Positions 1 to 9,049 of a stretch of 64,000 nucleotides of DNA are shown here, one piece after another. How positions within the stretch are numbered: the stretch's first letter is position 1; each line of letters opens with the position of its first letter. Under the pieces are notes generated by a model that worked only from the letters and a program-made list of their open reading frames with translations, did not search any database and was not told the DNA's origin. The translations under genes and the position numbers were made by a program. Location of the stretch: NCBI GenBank assembly GCA_018242165.1, contig JAFECL010000003.1, positions 6,290 to 70,289 of the forward strand. The letters run 5' to 3'. The DNA is from Pseudomonadota bacterium (GTDB lineage: Bacteria; Pseudomonadota; Alphaproteobacteria; Sphingomonadales; Sphingomonadaceae).

Positions 1-2
1 CC

Positions 3-965
3 GCACTTGGCGCCGGGGCGATCGGGCTGGCACTGGCCGGTTGCACCCGCACCGAACAGGCCGCGCCGGCGCCCAAGGCCCCCGCGGGCCAGCGCCTTGT
101 CCTTGCCGCCCAGGACACGGTGGACTGGCAGGATGTCAGCGCCGAGATCACCACGGTCGATCAGGCGCAGGTGATCGCCCGCATCCCGGGAATCCTTGCC
201 GCACTATCGGTCAAGGAAGGCGATCTGGTGCACAAGGGGCAGGTGATCGGCCGGGTGGTCGACAGCCAGCTGGGCTTCCAGTCGCAGGCCGCCAGCGCCA
301 TGGCCGGGCAGGCCCGGGCAGAACTGGCCCGGGTGCGCTTCCTTTACCAGAACGGGGTCTATGCCAAGGCCCGGCTTGACCAGGCCGAGGCCATGGCGGC
401 TTCGGCCAATGCCCAGCATGCCGCCAGCCGCGCGGTTGTCGGGCAGGGTGCGGTCATCGCCCCCGCCAGCGGGCGGGTGCTGCATGCCAGCATTCCTGCC
501 GGAGCACCGGTCGCGCCGGGCATGGCGCTTGCGGTCATCACCGCCGGCCCGACCATCGTCCGGCTGGAAATGCCCGAGTCGTTGGCCGGCAAGGTTCATG
601 CAGGTTCGCGCGTGATGGCGGCAGGCCTGCCCGAGGGGCGGATCGTCAAGGTCTATCCAGCGGTCGATGCCGGCAAGGTCAGCGCCGACGTGGAGCTGCC
701 CGGGATCGACAACAGCCTGATCGGGCGCAGGGTTGCCGCAAGGGTCGCCACGGGGACGCGCAAGGCCTTGCTGGTGCCCGCCGGCTTCATAACGACCCGC
801 TACGGGCTGGACACCATCACCATCCTCGCCAGGGACGGCAGCGCCAGCCAGGTTCCCGTCCAGACCGCGCCCTCGGCCGAGGCCGGGAAGATCGAGATCC
901 TGTCGGGGGCCAATGCCGGCGATACCTTGCTCCGGCCCCTGGCGACCGGAGCGGGCAGCCAATGA
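3..965 (+). CDS. RND efflux periplasmic adaptor (membrane fusion protein), 5'-truncated by window edge
   Basis: Frame open from position 3 (ALGAGAIGLALAGC lipobox); lipoyl-like 'VKEGDLVHKGQVI' and 'VIAPASGRV' motifs; ATGA overlap with the RND permease. Confidence 0.9.
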   Translation, partial: ALGAGAIGLALAGCTRTEQAAPAPKAPAGQRLVLAAQDTVDWQDVSAEITTVDQAQVIARIPGILAALSVKEGDLVHKGQVIGRVVDSQLGFQSQAASAMAGQARAELARVRFLYQNGVYAKARLDQAEAMAASANAQHAASRAVVGQGAVIAPASGRVLHASIPAGAPVAPGMALAVITAGPTIVRLEMPESLAGKVHAGSRVMAAGLPEGRIVKVYPAVDAGKVSADVELPGIDNSLIGRRVAARVATGTRKALLVPAGFITTRYGLDTITILARDGSASQVPVQTAPSAEAGKIEILSGANAGDTLLRPLATGAGSQ

Positions 966-3900
966 AGCTTGGCATCTCAGGGCGCCTGACCCGGGCCACG
1001 ATCAGCTCGCCGCTGACCCCGCTGCTGTTGCTGGCGGCCCTGCTGGTCGGCCTGATCGCCACCATCACCATCCCGCGCGAGGAGGAGCCGCAGATCAAGG
1101 TTCCGATGGTTGACATCATGGTTCAGGCGCCGGGGCTGTCGGCCTCGCAGGCCGTGGAACTGGTGGCCAAGCCGCTGGAAACCATCGTCAAGAGCGTCGA
1201 CGGGGTCGAGCATGTCTACACCCAGGCGCAGGACAACGGCGCCATGGTCACGGCACGGTTCCTGGTCGGGTCGAATCCCGAGGATGCCGCGATCCGCATC
1301 AGCGAGAAGATCGAGGCCAACCGCAACCGCATCCCGGTCGGCATTCCGGCACCGCAGGTCACCGTGCGGGGAATCAACGACGTGCCCATCGTGGTGCTGA
1401 CGCTGACCCCGAAGCCGGGCGCGGCCGGCCAGTGGAACGACCAGGCGCTGGCCGACCTTGCCGGCAAGCTGCGGACCGAGATCGCCAAGGTCGACGATGT
1501 CGGCCTGACCTTCATCACCGGCGGCCAGCGCATGGCGCTGCGCGTGGTGCCCGACCCGGCGAAGCTGGCGCTCTACCGCGTGCCGCTGGGCAGTGTGATC
1601 GAGGCGGTCAGCCAGGCAAACCGGGCCTTTCCGGCGGGGACCGTGCGCGAAGGCGGGCTGGCGGCGCTGGTCGTTGCCGGCCAGACGCTGCACGACGCGC
1701 AGGAGCTGTCCGCGCTGACTGTCCGCTCGGCCAGCGGCGCGCCGGTGCTGCTGTCAGACATTGCCAAGGTCGAACAGGCGCCAACCCAGGATCAGGCCCG
1801 CGCCTGGCGCTGGTCGCGCGACGACAAGGGCACCTGGACGATGGCACCGGCCGTCAGTCTGGCCGTGGCCAAGCGGGCGGGGGCCAACGCGGTCAGGGTG
1901 TCGCAAGGCGTGGTCGAGCGGATCGAGGCGCTGAAGGGTTCGCTGATCCCGGCCGGGGTCGAGGTTTCGGTGACCCGCAACTATGGCGAAACCGCCAATG
2001 AAAAGGCCAACGAGCTGATCTTTCACCTTGCGCTGGCCACGGTCTCGATCGTCGTCCTGATCGGCTTCGCCATCGGCTGGCGCGAGGCTGGCGTGACCGC
2101 GATCGTGATCCCGACCACGATCATGCTGACGATGTTCGCCTCGAACGTGATGGGCTTCACGATCAACCGGGTCAGCCTGTTCGCGCTGATCTTTTCGATC
2201 GGCATCCTGGTCGACGATGCCATCGTGATGATCGAGAACATTGCCCGGCACTGGGCCATGCATGATGGCCGCTCGCGCATCGATGCCGCGGTGGAGGCCG
2301 TGGCCGAGGTCGGCAATCCCACGGTGATCGCCACGCTGACCGTGGTGGCGGCGCTGCTGCCCATGCTGTTCGTTTCGGGGCTGATGGGCCCCTACATGGC
2401 CCCGATCCCGATCAACGCCTCGGCCGCGATGATCTTTTCCTTCTTCGTCGCGGTGATCATCGCGCCATGGCTGATGATCCGCCTGGCTAGGAAGGCGCTG
2501 GTCCATGGCCACGAGGATGCGCACGGCGGCAGGCTAGGCGCGCTCTACCGCCGCTATGCCAGCCGGGTGATCGCAACGCGCGACAGCGCGCGGCGCTTCC
2601 TGATCGGCGTGGGTGTCGCCACCCTGGTTGCCTGCTCGATGTTCTACTTCAAGGCGGTGACCGTGAAGCTGCTGCCCTTCGACAACAAGAGCGAGGTGCA
2701 GCTGGTGGCCGACCTGCCCGAAGGCACCAGCCTTGAAGCGACCGGCCGGGTGCTGGAGCAGGCCGCCGCGATCGCACGCGCGGTGCCCGAGGTCGCCTCG
2801 ATGGAGGCCTATGCCGGCACTTCAGCCCCGTTCAACTTCAACGGTCTGGTCCGCCACTACTTCCTGCGCAACCAGCCGGAAATGGGCGATCTGATGGTCA
2901 CGCTGCTGCCCAAGGCTGATAGGGCGCGGTCGAGCCACGAGATTGCGGTCGATCTGCGCGATAGGCTGAAAGCGATCCCGCTCCCTGTCGGCGGATCGCT
3001 GAAAGTCGTCGAAACCCCTCCCGGGCCGCCCGTGCTGGCCACCCTGCTGGCCGAAATCTATGGCCCGGATGAAGCGACCCGGCAGAAAACGGCACGGCAA
3101 GTCGAAGCCATCTTCCGTTCGGTGCCGTACATCGTCGATGTCGACAACAGCTTTGGCCAGCCCCGGCCGACGCTGAAGCTGGTGCCCGATCGCGCCAGGC
3201 TCGATCACTATGGCTTGTCCGAGCGGCAGCTGTTCGACAGCATCGGCGCGCTGCTGGGTACCCAGGTGGTGGGCTACGCCCCGCGTGGTGCCGACCGTGA
3301 TCCCCTGCCGATCGAGCTGGCGCTCGACCAGTCGCAACGCACGTGGTCCGCGGCGCTGGCCGCCACGCCGGTGGCGGTTGGCCCGACCGGGCAGTTGATC
3401 GAGCTGGGCGAACTTGTCACCGCCAAGGTCGTTCCGGGCGAGCCGGCCATCTTCCGACGCGACGGGCGCGGCGCCACCATGGTCACCGCCGAACTGGCCG
3501 GCCGCTATGAAGCGCCGATCTACGGCATGCTGGCGGTCGACCGTGCGATCGCTGATTACGATTGGCAGGCGCATGGCCTTCCCCGGCCCGATGTCATCCT
3601 CCACGGCCAGCCGCAGGACGAAAGCATGACCTCGGTGCTGTGGGATGGCGAATGGGAAATCACCTGGGTGACCTTCCGCGACATGGGCGGGGCCTTCATG
3701 GTGGCCCTGCTGGGGATTTACGTGCTGGTGGTCGGCCAGTTCCGCAGCTTTACCATTCCGCTGGTCATCCTCACCCCGATCCCGTTGACCCTGGTTGGCA
3801 TCGTGCTGGGCCATCTGCTGTTCCGGGCGCCCTTCACCGCCACCTCGATGATCGGTTTCATCGCCCTGGCCGGGATCATCGTACGCAATTCGATCCTGCT

Positions 3901-4174
3901 GGTCGACTTCATCCGCCACACGCGCTGCGCAGAGAAGAGCCTGCGCGAGACGCTGCTCGAAGCCGGCATGATCCGGTTCAAGCCGATCGTGCTGACGGCC
4001 GCGGCGGCGATGATCGGGGCGTCGGTGATCCTGACCGACCCGATCTTCCAGGGGCTGGCAATTTCACTGCTGTTCGGGCTGGCATCCTCGACCCTGCTCA
4101 CCGTTCTGGTCATTCCGGCGATCTACATTGTCTTGCGGGACGATGGCCGTCTGCTTACGGAAACGGAATCATGA
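962..4174 (+). CDS. RND efflux permease (AcrB/AcrD/AcrF family)
   Basis: 1070 aa; 'IGILVDDAIVMIENI' TM4 motif, 'GIIVRNSILLVDF', 'RFKPIVLT'. Confidence 0.95.
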   Translation: MKLGISGRLTRATISSPLTPLLLLAALLVGLIATITIPREEEPQIKVPMVDIMVQAPGLSASQAVELVAKPLETIVKSVDGVEHVYTQAQDNGAMVTARFLVGSNPEDAAIRISEKIEANRNRIPVGIPAPQVTVRGINDVPIVVLTLTPKPGAAGQWNDQALADLAGKLRTEIAKVDDVGLTFITGGQRMALRVVPDPAKLALYRVPLGSVIEAVSQANRAFPAGTVREGGLAALVVAGQTLHDAQELSALTVRSASGAPVLLSDIAKVEQAPTQDQARAWRWSRDDKGTWTMAPAVSLAVAKRAGANAVRVSQGVVERIEALKGSLIPAGVEVSVTRNYGETANEKANELIFHLALATVSIVVLIGFAIGWREAGVTAIVIPTTIMLTMFASNVMGFTINRVSLFALIFSIGILVDDAIVMIENIARHWAMHDGRSRIDAAVEAVAEVGNPTVIATLTVVAALLPMLFVSGLMGPYMAPIPINASAAMIFSFFVAVIIAPWLMIRLARKALVHGHEDAHGGRLGALYRRYASRVIATRDSARRFLIGVGVATLVACSMFYFKAVTVKLLPFDNKSEVQLVADLPEGTSLEATGRVLEQAAAIARAVPEVASMEAYAGTSAPFNFNGLVRHYFLRNQPEMGDLMVTLLPKADRARSSHEIAVDLRDRLKAIPLPVGGSLKVVETPPGPPVLATLLAEIYGPDEATRQKTARQVEAIFRSVPYIVDVDNSFGQPRPTLKLVPDRARLDHYGLSERQLFDSIGALLGTQVVGYAPRGADRDPLPIELALDQSQRTWSAALAATPVAVGPTGQLIELGELVTAKVVPGEPAIFRRDGRGATMVTAELAGRYEAPIYGMLAVDRAIADYDWQAHGLPRPDVILHGQPQDESMTSVLWDGEWEITWVTFRDMGGAFMVALLGIYVLVVGQFRSFTIPLVILTPIPLTLVGIVLGHLLFRAPFTATSMIGFIALAGIIVRNSILLVDFIRHTRCAEKSLRETLLEAGMIRFKPIVLTAAAAMIGASVILTDPIFQGLAISLLFGLASSTLLTVLVIPAIYIVLRDDGRLLTETES

Positions 4175-4482
4175 AACCGACCGATCTGAACGAGCTCAAG
4201 GCCAATTCGACCATGATGGCGGGGCGGCTCAAGCTGATGAGCCATCCGGAGCGGCTGCTGATGCTCTGCCGCATGGATGAGGGCGAGGTTTCGGTAAACG
4301 AACTCGTGGTGCTGACCGGGCTGTCGCAGTCGGCGGTATCGCAGCACCTTGCCTTGCTGCGGGACGAGGGCGTGGTGGCGATCCGTGGCGAGGCGCAGAT
4401 GCGCTACTACAGTCTGAGCGACCGCATCGTGCAGGGAATCATTCATGCCCTGTGCGACCTCTGTGCCGAGAACTGCGGCTGA
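4171..4482 (+). CDS. ArsR/SmtB repressor, BigR/SqrR-like (possible persulfide sensor)
   Basis: ATG 4171 overlaps the RND stop; 'LKLMSHPERLLMLC', HTH 'LSQSAVSQHLALLR', C-terminal 'LCDLC' cysteines. Confidence 0.85.
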   Translation: MKPTDLNELKANSTMMAGRLKLMSHPERLLMLCRMDEGEVSVNELVVLTGLSQSAVSQHLALLRDEGVVAIRGEAQMRYYSLSDRIVQGIIHALCDLCAENCG

Positions 4483-4550
4483 TTCGGGCCCGATGGTGCC
4501 GTCAGTCTGATCGCAACGCGCCCCGCATTGCCGGAGCCAGGGCTTGCTGC

Positions 4551-5048
4551 CTAGCTTGCCGCAGGCGCCGTTCGCGACACACCTGTGTAAGCCAGCTCGA
4601 GGCTCTCGACCAGGATCAGTCCGGGAGAAGAGCTCAGCCGACTGATGGCCCATTTCACCGGCCAGGCATTGTCGAACGTCCATACCACCAGCGGTTGCCC
4701 GCTGGCGTCCACCAGCGTCACCACCACGGTGGCCGGTTCGATCCGAGGTGCCCAGCTTCCCCCGACCGTCTGTTCGACCCAAGTGGCCATGGGCGAACCT
4801 TCCTCAAGAAAGCCGCGCTTCAGGATGAGGTTCGAGTGCCGGGCAGAGCCTGGCAGTTTGTGGAAATAAGGGTTCGACCCGCCCTCGACGACTTCGCCGA
4901 TGTCATCTGGCACTTCGACGCCAGCGACTTCCTCGAACTGCCCGGCAATCGATGGCGGGGCCGTTGTCTCGGCCCGTGCAAACGCGACGGAGAATCCAAA
5001 GCCCGGCGGGGGGTAATACTGGGTCTGGCTGGATGGGGAGCTGGGCAT
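4551..5048 (-). CDS. Phage-tail/eCIS tube protein (T4 gp19-like, Afp5/Pvc5-type)
   Basis: 'YYPPPGFGFSV', 'VEGGSNPYFHKLPG..HSNLILKRG', 'PLVVWTFDNAWPVKW', 'VESLELAY' are hallmark gp19-family motifs; ATG 5048 preferred to GTG 5084. Confidence 0.85.
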   Translation of the reverse strand: MPSSPSSQTQYYPPPGFGFSVAFARAETTAPPSIAGQFEEVAGVEVPDDIGEVVEGGSNPYFHKLPGSARHSNLILKRGFLEEGSPMATWVEQTVGGSWAPRIEPATVVVTLVDASGQPLVVWTFDNAWPVKWAISRLSSSPGLILVESLELAYTGVSRTAPAAS

Positions 5049-5055
5049 GGACGGG

Positions 5056-5355
5056 TCAGGCCTTGGCAAGGGTGAGGATTTCACAGGCGAACTCGATGCG
5101 TTTGACAGCGACTTCGCTCCCGCCCGGCTTGAGGTCGGCTCCGGTCAGCCTGGCGGGAAAGACCTTGTACAGCATTCCGCCGGATGCTGTCAGTCCAAAC
5201 GCAAGGTGTCTCCGCCTGGCAGGGTTTGGGCTTTGGGGGGCGGCCCAACCCTTGGCGAACGCGCTGGCGCTGCTCGTCGGCCTGTCATGGGGCCCGCCGG
5301 TGCGTTTGCCGGGATAAGACGCTGGCGGATGCGCAAATCGGTGATAGGAATTGGC
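5056..5355 (-). pseudogene. Decayed second tail-tube gene (Afp1-like C-terminal remnant)
   Basis: Hand translation of minus strand 5175->5056: MLYKVFPARLTGADLKPGGSEVAVKRIEFACEILTLAKA*, resembling the tube C-terminus pattern 'NAWP.K.TG.DLK..G.EVAVE.IE.AHEGL'; the upstream in-frame part is degenerate and bounded by a stop at 5356-5358. Confidence 0.7.
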
Positions 5356-5427
5356 TCAAGGCACAATGCGCGAAGGCGGTCCGCCTCGCCAGCCGTTCCA
5401 GACGATTCCCATGACGGAGTGATAGCC

Positions 5428-6621
5428 GTGCATCTCGATTTCAGCCCCGAGGATCTGGCGTTCCAGCGCGAAGTACGCGCTTTCATCGCCGAGAACTATC
5501 CCGCAGCGCTGCGGGCCAAGCAGAAGGATGGCGACGAGCTGTCGAAGGAGGATTTCCTCTCGTGGCACCGCGTCCTGGCCAGGAAGGGCTGGGTCGCCCC
5601 GGCCTGGCCGGTCGAATACGGCGGCACCGGGTGGAGCCCGACGCAGCGCTACATCTGGTCTGAAGAGACGGCGCGCGCCGACTGCATCCGCCTGATGCCC
5701 TTCGGCCTGGCGATGGTCGGCCCGGTGATCTACACTTTCGGCACCCCCGAGCAGAAGGCGCGGTTCCTCCCCCGCATCCTCTCGGGCGAGGATTGGTGGT
5801 GCCAGGGCTATTCGGAGCCGGGCTCGGGTTCCGACCTTGCCTCGCTGCGCACCCGGGCCGTGCGCGACGGCGACCACTATGTCGTCAACGGCCAGAAGAC
5901 CTGGACCACGATGGCCCAATATGCCGACTGGGGGTTCTTCCTTGTCCGCACCAACCCCGAGGCCAAGCAGCAGGAGGGGATCAGCTTCCTGTTGGTCGAC
6001 ATGAAGTCGCCTGGCGTTACCGTGCGCCCGATCATCACGCTGGGCGGTGAGCACGAGGTCAACGAGGTATGGCTGGAGGACGTGCGCGTTCCGGTCGAAA
6101 ACCGCATCTACGAGGAGGACAAGGGCTGGACCTGCGCCAAGTTCCTGCTCGCCCACGAACGTACCGGGATCGCCGGCGTCGCGGCATCGAAGCGCGGCGT
6201 CGAGAAGGTCAAGGCCATCGCCGCGGCCGAGCTGGACGGTGAGCGGCCGCTGATCGCCAACCCGTTCTTCCGCCGCAAGGTCACCGAGCTGGAAATGGAC
6301 CTGACCGCGCTGGAATTCACCGAACTGCGCAGTCTGGCGGGGGCCAGCGCCGGCAAGGGCCCGGGGCCCGAATCGAGCCTGCTCAAGATCAAGGGTTCGG
6401 AAATCCAGCAGCGGCTGACCGAACTGACGCTCGAAGCGGTCGGCCATTACGGCGCGCCCTATTTCCGCGGCTTTGGCGAAGGCGACAACGAGCACCCGAT
6501 CGGGCCCGACTATGCCCACCGCGCCGCGCCGACCTATTTCAATACGCGCAAGACCACGATCTATGGCGGATCGAACGAGATCCAGCGCAACATCATCGCC
6601 AAGATGGTGCTGGGACTCTGA
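5428..6621 (+). CDS. Acyl-CoA dehydrogenase (PimC-like large subunit)
   Basis: GTG 5428 after GGAG RBS; 'WCQGYSEPGSGSDLASL', 'NGQKTWT', 'TIYGGSNEIQRNII'. Confidence 0.9.
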   Translation: MHLDFSPEDLAFQREVRAFIAENYPAALRAKQKDGDELSKEDFLSWHRVLARKGWVAPAWPVEYGGTGWSPTQRYIWSEETARADCIRLMPFGLAMVGPVIYTFGTPEQKARFLPRILSGEDWWCQGYSEPGSGSDLASLRTRAVRDGDHYVVNGQKTWTTMAQYADWGFFLVRTNPEAKQQEGISFLLVDMKSPGVTVRPIITLGGEHEVNEVWLEDVRVPVENRIYEEDKGWTCAKFLLAHERTGIAGVAASKRGVEKVKAIAAAELDGERPLIANPFFRRKVTELEMDLTALEFTELRSLAGASAGKGPGPESSLLKIKGSEIQQRLTELTLEAVGHYGAPYFRGFGEGDNEHPIGPDYAHRAAPTYFNTRKTTIYGGSNEIQRNIIAKMVLGL

Positions 6622-6716
6622 TGCGCCAGCCCGCGCGCGCAACCTGCGCGGCGGCGGATTGATCCGGGCCGGCCCTTCGCCAGAAGGCTGGCCCCTGCTC
6701 ACGGGAATCGAAGACA

Positions 6717-7841
6717 ATGGATTTCAGCTTCACCGAGACCCAGGACATGCTGCGCGACACCTTGGCGCGGTTCCTGGCCGACACCTATGATTTCGAGGCG
6801 CGCAAGAAGATGCTCGCGCGGCCCGAGGGGCGCGATCCGGGCATCTGGAAGGCGCTGGCCAACGAGCTGGGGATTCTGGGCGCACCCTTTGCCGAGGAGC
6901 ATGGCGGGCTGGGCGGCAGCGCGCTCGAAAACATGATCATGATGGAAGAGCTGGGCAAGGTCATCGCGATCGAGCCATACCTGCAGACCGTGGTGATCGG
7001 CGGCGGGGCGCTCAAACGGGCCGGCGGGGCCATGGCCGACGCGCTGATCCCCGCGATCATTGCGGGCGAGGCCGTGATTGCATTTGCCTATGCCGAGCCG
7101 CAGGGCCGCTATGATCTTGCCAACCTGCGCACCACGGCCCGGGCTGACGGCGCGGGCTATGTGCTGAGCGGGCAGAAGGCCGTGGTCTATGCCGCGCCCT
7201 GGGCGAGCCACCTGCTGGTCACCGCGCGTACCGGCGGCAGCCAGCGCGAGCGCGAAGGCGTCGCGCTGTTCCTGATCGACGCCAACCTGCCGGGCGTGGT
7301 GCGGCGCGATTACCCGACGGTCGACGGCTTCATGGCCTCCGAAATCTATTTCGAGAACGTCGCCATTCCGGGCGATGCGCTGATCGCGGGCGGGATCGAC
7401 CTTGTCGAGCAGCTGGTCGACGAGGCCACCATGGCGATCTGCGCCGAAGCCAGCGGCGTCGCGCGCCGGCTGCACGAGGGCACGCTGGACTACATCAGGC
7501 AGCGCAAGCAGTTCGGAGTGCCGATCGGCAAGTTCCAGGTGCTGCAGCACCGCATGGCCGACATGTTCATCGAGGTCGAGCAGATCGCCTCGATGGCGCT
7601 GATGGGCACGCTCAAGCTCGACCTGCCCGCCGCAGAGCGCAAGGCTGCGGTCAGTCTGGCCAAGGCCAAGGTCGCCCGCTCGATCAATTTCGTCGGGCAG
7701 AACGCGGTGCAGACCCATGGCGGCATCGGCATTACGCAGGAACTGGCGATCGGCCATTACTTCAAACGCGGCACGATGATCGAAGGCCAGTTCGGCTCGG
7801 CCGATTTCCATCTCGACCGGTTTGAACAGCTGACGGCCTGA
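6717..7841 (+). CDS. Acyl-CoA dehydrogenase (PimD-like small subunit)
   Basis: '[21 protein letters not shown]', 'QTHGGIGIT'; tandem pair typical of heteromeric ACADs. Confidence 0.9.
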   Translation: MDFSFTETQDMLRDTLARFLADTYDFEARKKMLARPEGRDPGIWKALANELGILGAPFAEEHGGLGGSALENMIMMEELGKVIAIEPYLQTVVIGGGALKRAGGAMADALIPAIIAGEAVIAFAYAEPQGRYDLANLRTTARADGAGYVLSGQKAVVYAAPWASHLLVTARTGGSQREREGVALFLIDANLPGVVRRDYPTVDGFMASEIYFENVAIPGDALIAGGIDLVEQLVDEATMAICAEASGVARRLHEGTLDYIRQRKQFGVPIGKFQVLQHRMADMFIEVEQIASMALMGTLKLDLPAAERKAAVSLAKAKVARSINFVGQNAVQTHGGIGITQELAIGHYFKRGTMIEGQFGSADFHLDRFEQLTA

Positions 7842-7858
7842 CGGATCCCCGTGGCACC

Positions 7859-8860
7859 ATGACTTCGCCCACCCTCTCGTTGCTTGATCTGGTCCCGGTG
7901 ATTGAGGGCGGCTCGCTGGGGCAGGCGCTGGCCCAGGCGGCTGACCTTGCCGCCCACGCCGAGGCGCTGGGCTATGCCCGTTATTGGGTCGCCGAACACC
8001 ACGGCATGCCTGGGATCGGCGGCGCGGCCACCTCGGTGGTGCTGGCGCATATCGGGGCGCACACCCGCTCGATCCGGATCGGCTCGGGCGGCATCATGCT
8101 GCCCAACCACGCGCCGCTGCAGATCGCGGAGCAGTTCGGCACGCTCGACGCACTTTACCCGGGGCGGATCGATCTGGGGCTGGGCCGGGCACCGGGTTCC
8201 GACGGGCGGGTGGCCATGGCACTGCGCCATGCCGACCCCGATGCCTTTCCGCAGCAGGTGGTCGAATTGCAGGCCTGTTTTGCCGGCGATGCCCGGCTGG
8301 GCTTTACCGCGGTGCCCGGCGCGGGGGCCAGCCCGGAGATGTGGATCCTTGGGTCGAGCACCTATGGCGCGCAGCTCGCGGCCATGCTAGGCCTGCCCTA
8401 TGGCTTCGCCTCGCATTTCGCCCCCGCCATGCTCGACGCGGCAATCGCCACCTATCGCCAGCTGTTCCGCCCCTCCGCCGTGCTGCAGCACCCGCATGTC
8501 ATGATCGGTTGCAACGTTTTCGCGGCCGACACCCTGGAGGAAGCGCGCTTCCTCGCCACCTCTACCCAGCAAAGCTTCGTGGCGCTGCGCAGCGGGCAAA
8601 CCCCCGGCCGCCTGCCCCCGCCGCAGGAGGGCTATTACGAGCGCCTGCCCGAGGCGCAGCGCGCCATGCTCGACCAGATTTTCAGCTGTTCGGTCATCGG
8701 CACGCACGACGATGTGGTGCGGATGCTGGCCGCCCTGCTGGCGCGCACGGGTGCCGACGAGGTGATCGTTGGTGGCCAGATGTTCGACCACGCGGCCCGC
8801 CGATACAGCTTTTCGATCGCCGCCGAGGCCATGCAGGTGGCGACCAAGGCTGCGGCTTGA
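7859..8860 (+). CDS. LLM-class flavin-dependent oxidoreductase (luciferase-like, YhbW-type)
   Basis: 'RYWVAEHH', '[23 protein letters not shown]', '[12 protein letters not shown]'. Confidence 0.9.
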   Translation: MTSPTLSLLDLVPVIEGGSLGQALAQAADLAAHAEALGYARYWVAEHHGMPGIGGAATSVVLAHIGAHTRSIRIGSGGIMLPNHAPLQIAEQFGTLDALYPGRIDLGLGRAPGSDGRVAMALRHADPDAFPQQVVELQACFAGDARLGFTAVPGAGASPEMWILGSSTYGAQLAAMLGLPYGFASHFAPAMLDAAIATYRQLFRPSAVLQHPHVMIGCNVFAADTLEEARFLATSTQQSFVALRSGQTPGRLPPPQEGYYERLPEAQRAMLDQIFSCSVIGTHDDVVRMLAALLARTGADEVIVGGQMFDHAARRYSFSIAAEAMQVATKAAA

Positions 8861-8994
8861 GGAGGCCAGCCCCCCTTTTGAAGCCGAGCTGACACCACCC
8901 CTGCGCCTATTCGGGGGGCGGGCATCGCCATGATCAAGCTGATCTACCCGACCCGTCAGTGGCGCAGTTGCTCTGACAGCGCCCGCAAACGCAA

Positions 8995-9028
8995 CCGGGG
9001 CGCATGGCCCTGCGGCCATGCGCCCCGG
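8995..9028. terminator. GC-rich hairpin between convergent genes (likely terminator)
   Basis: Perfect 15-bp stem ccggggcgcatggcc / ggccatgcgccccgg with 4-nt loop; weak U-tail. Confidence 0.6.
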
Positions 9029-9049
9029 CGTTGTTCCGGTTGTGCCGGA

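Noticed and set aside
8930-8990. Possible Pho-like heptamers near 8950-8980
   Set aside because: They lie between convergent gene ends, lack clean 11-bp periodicity and have no downstream gene.
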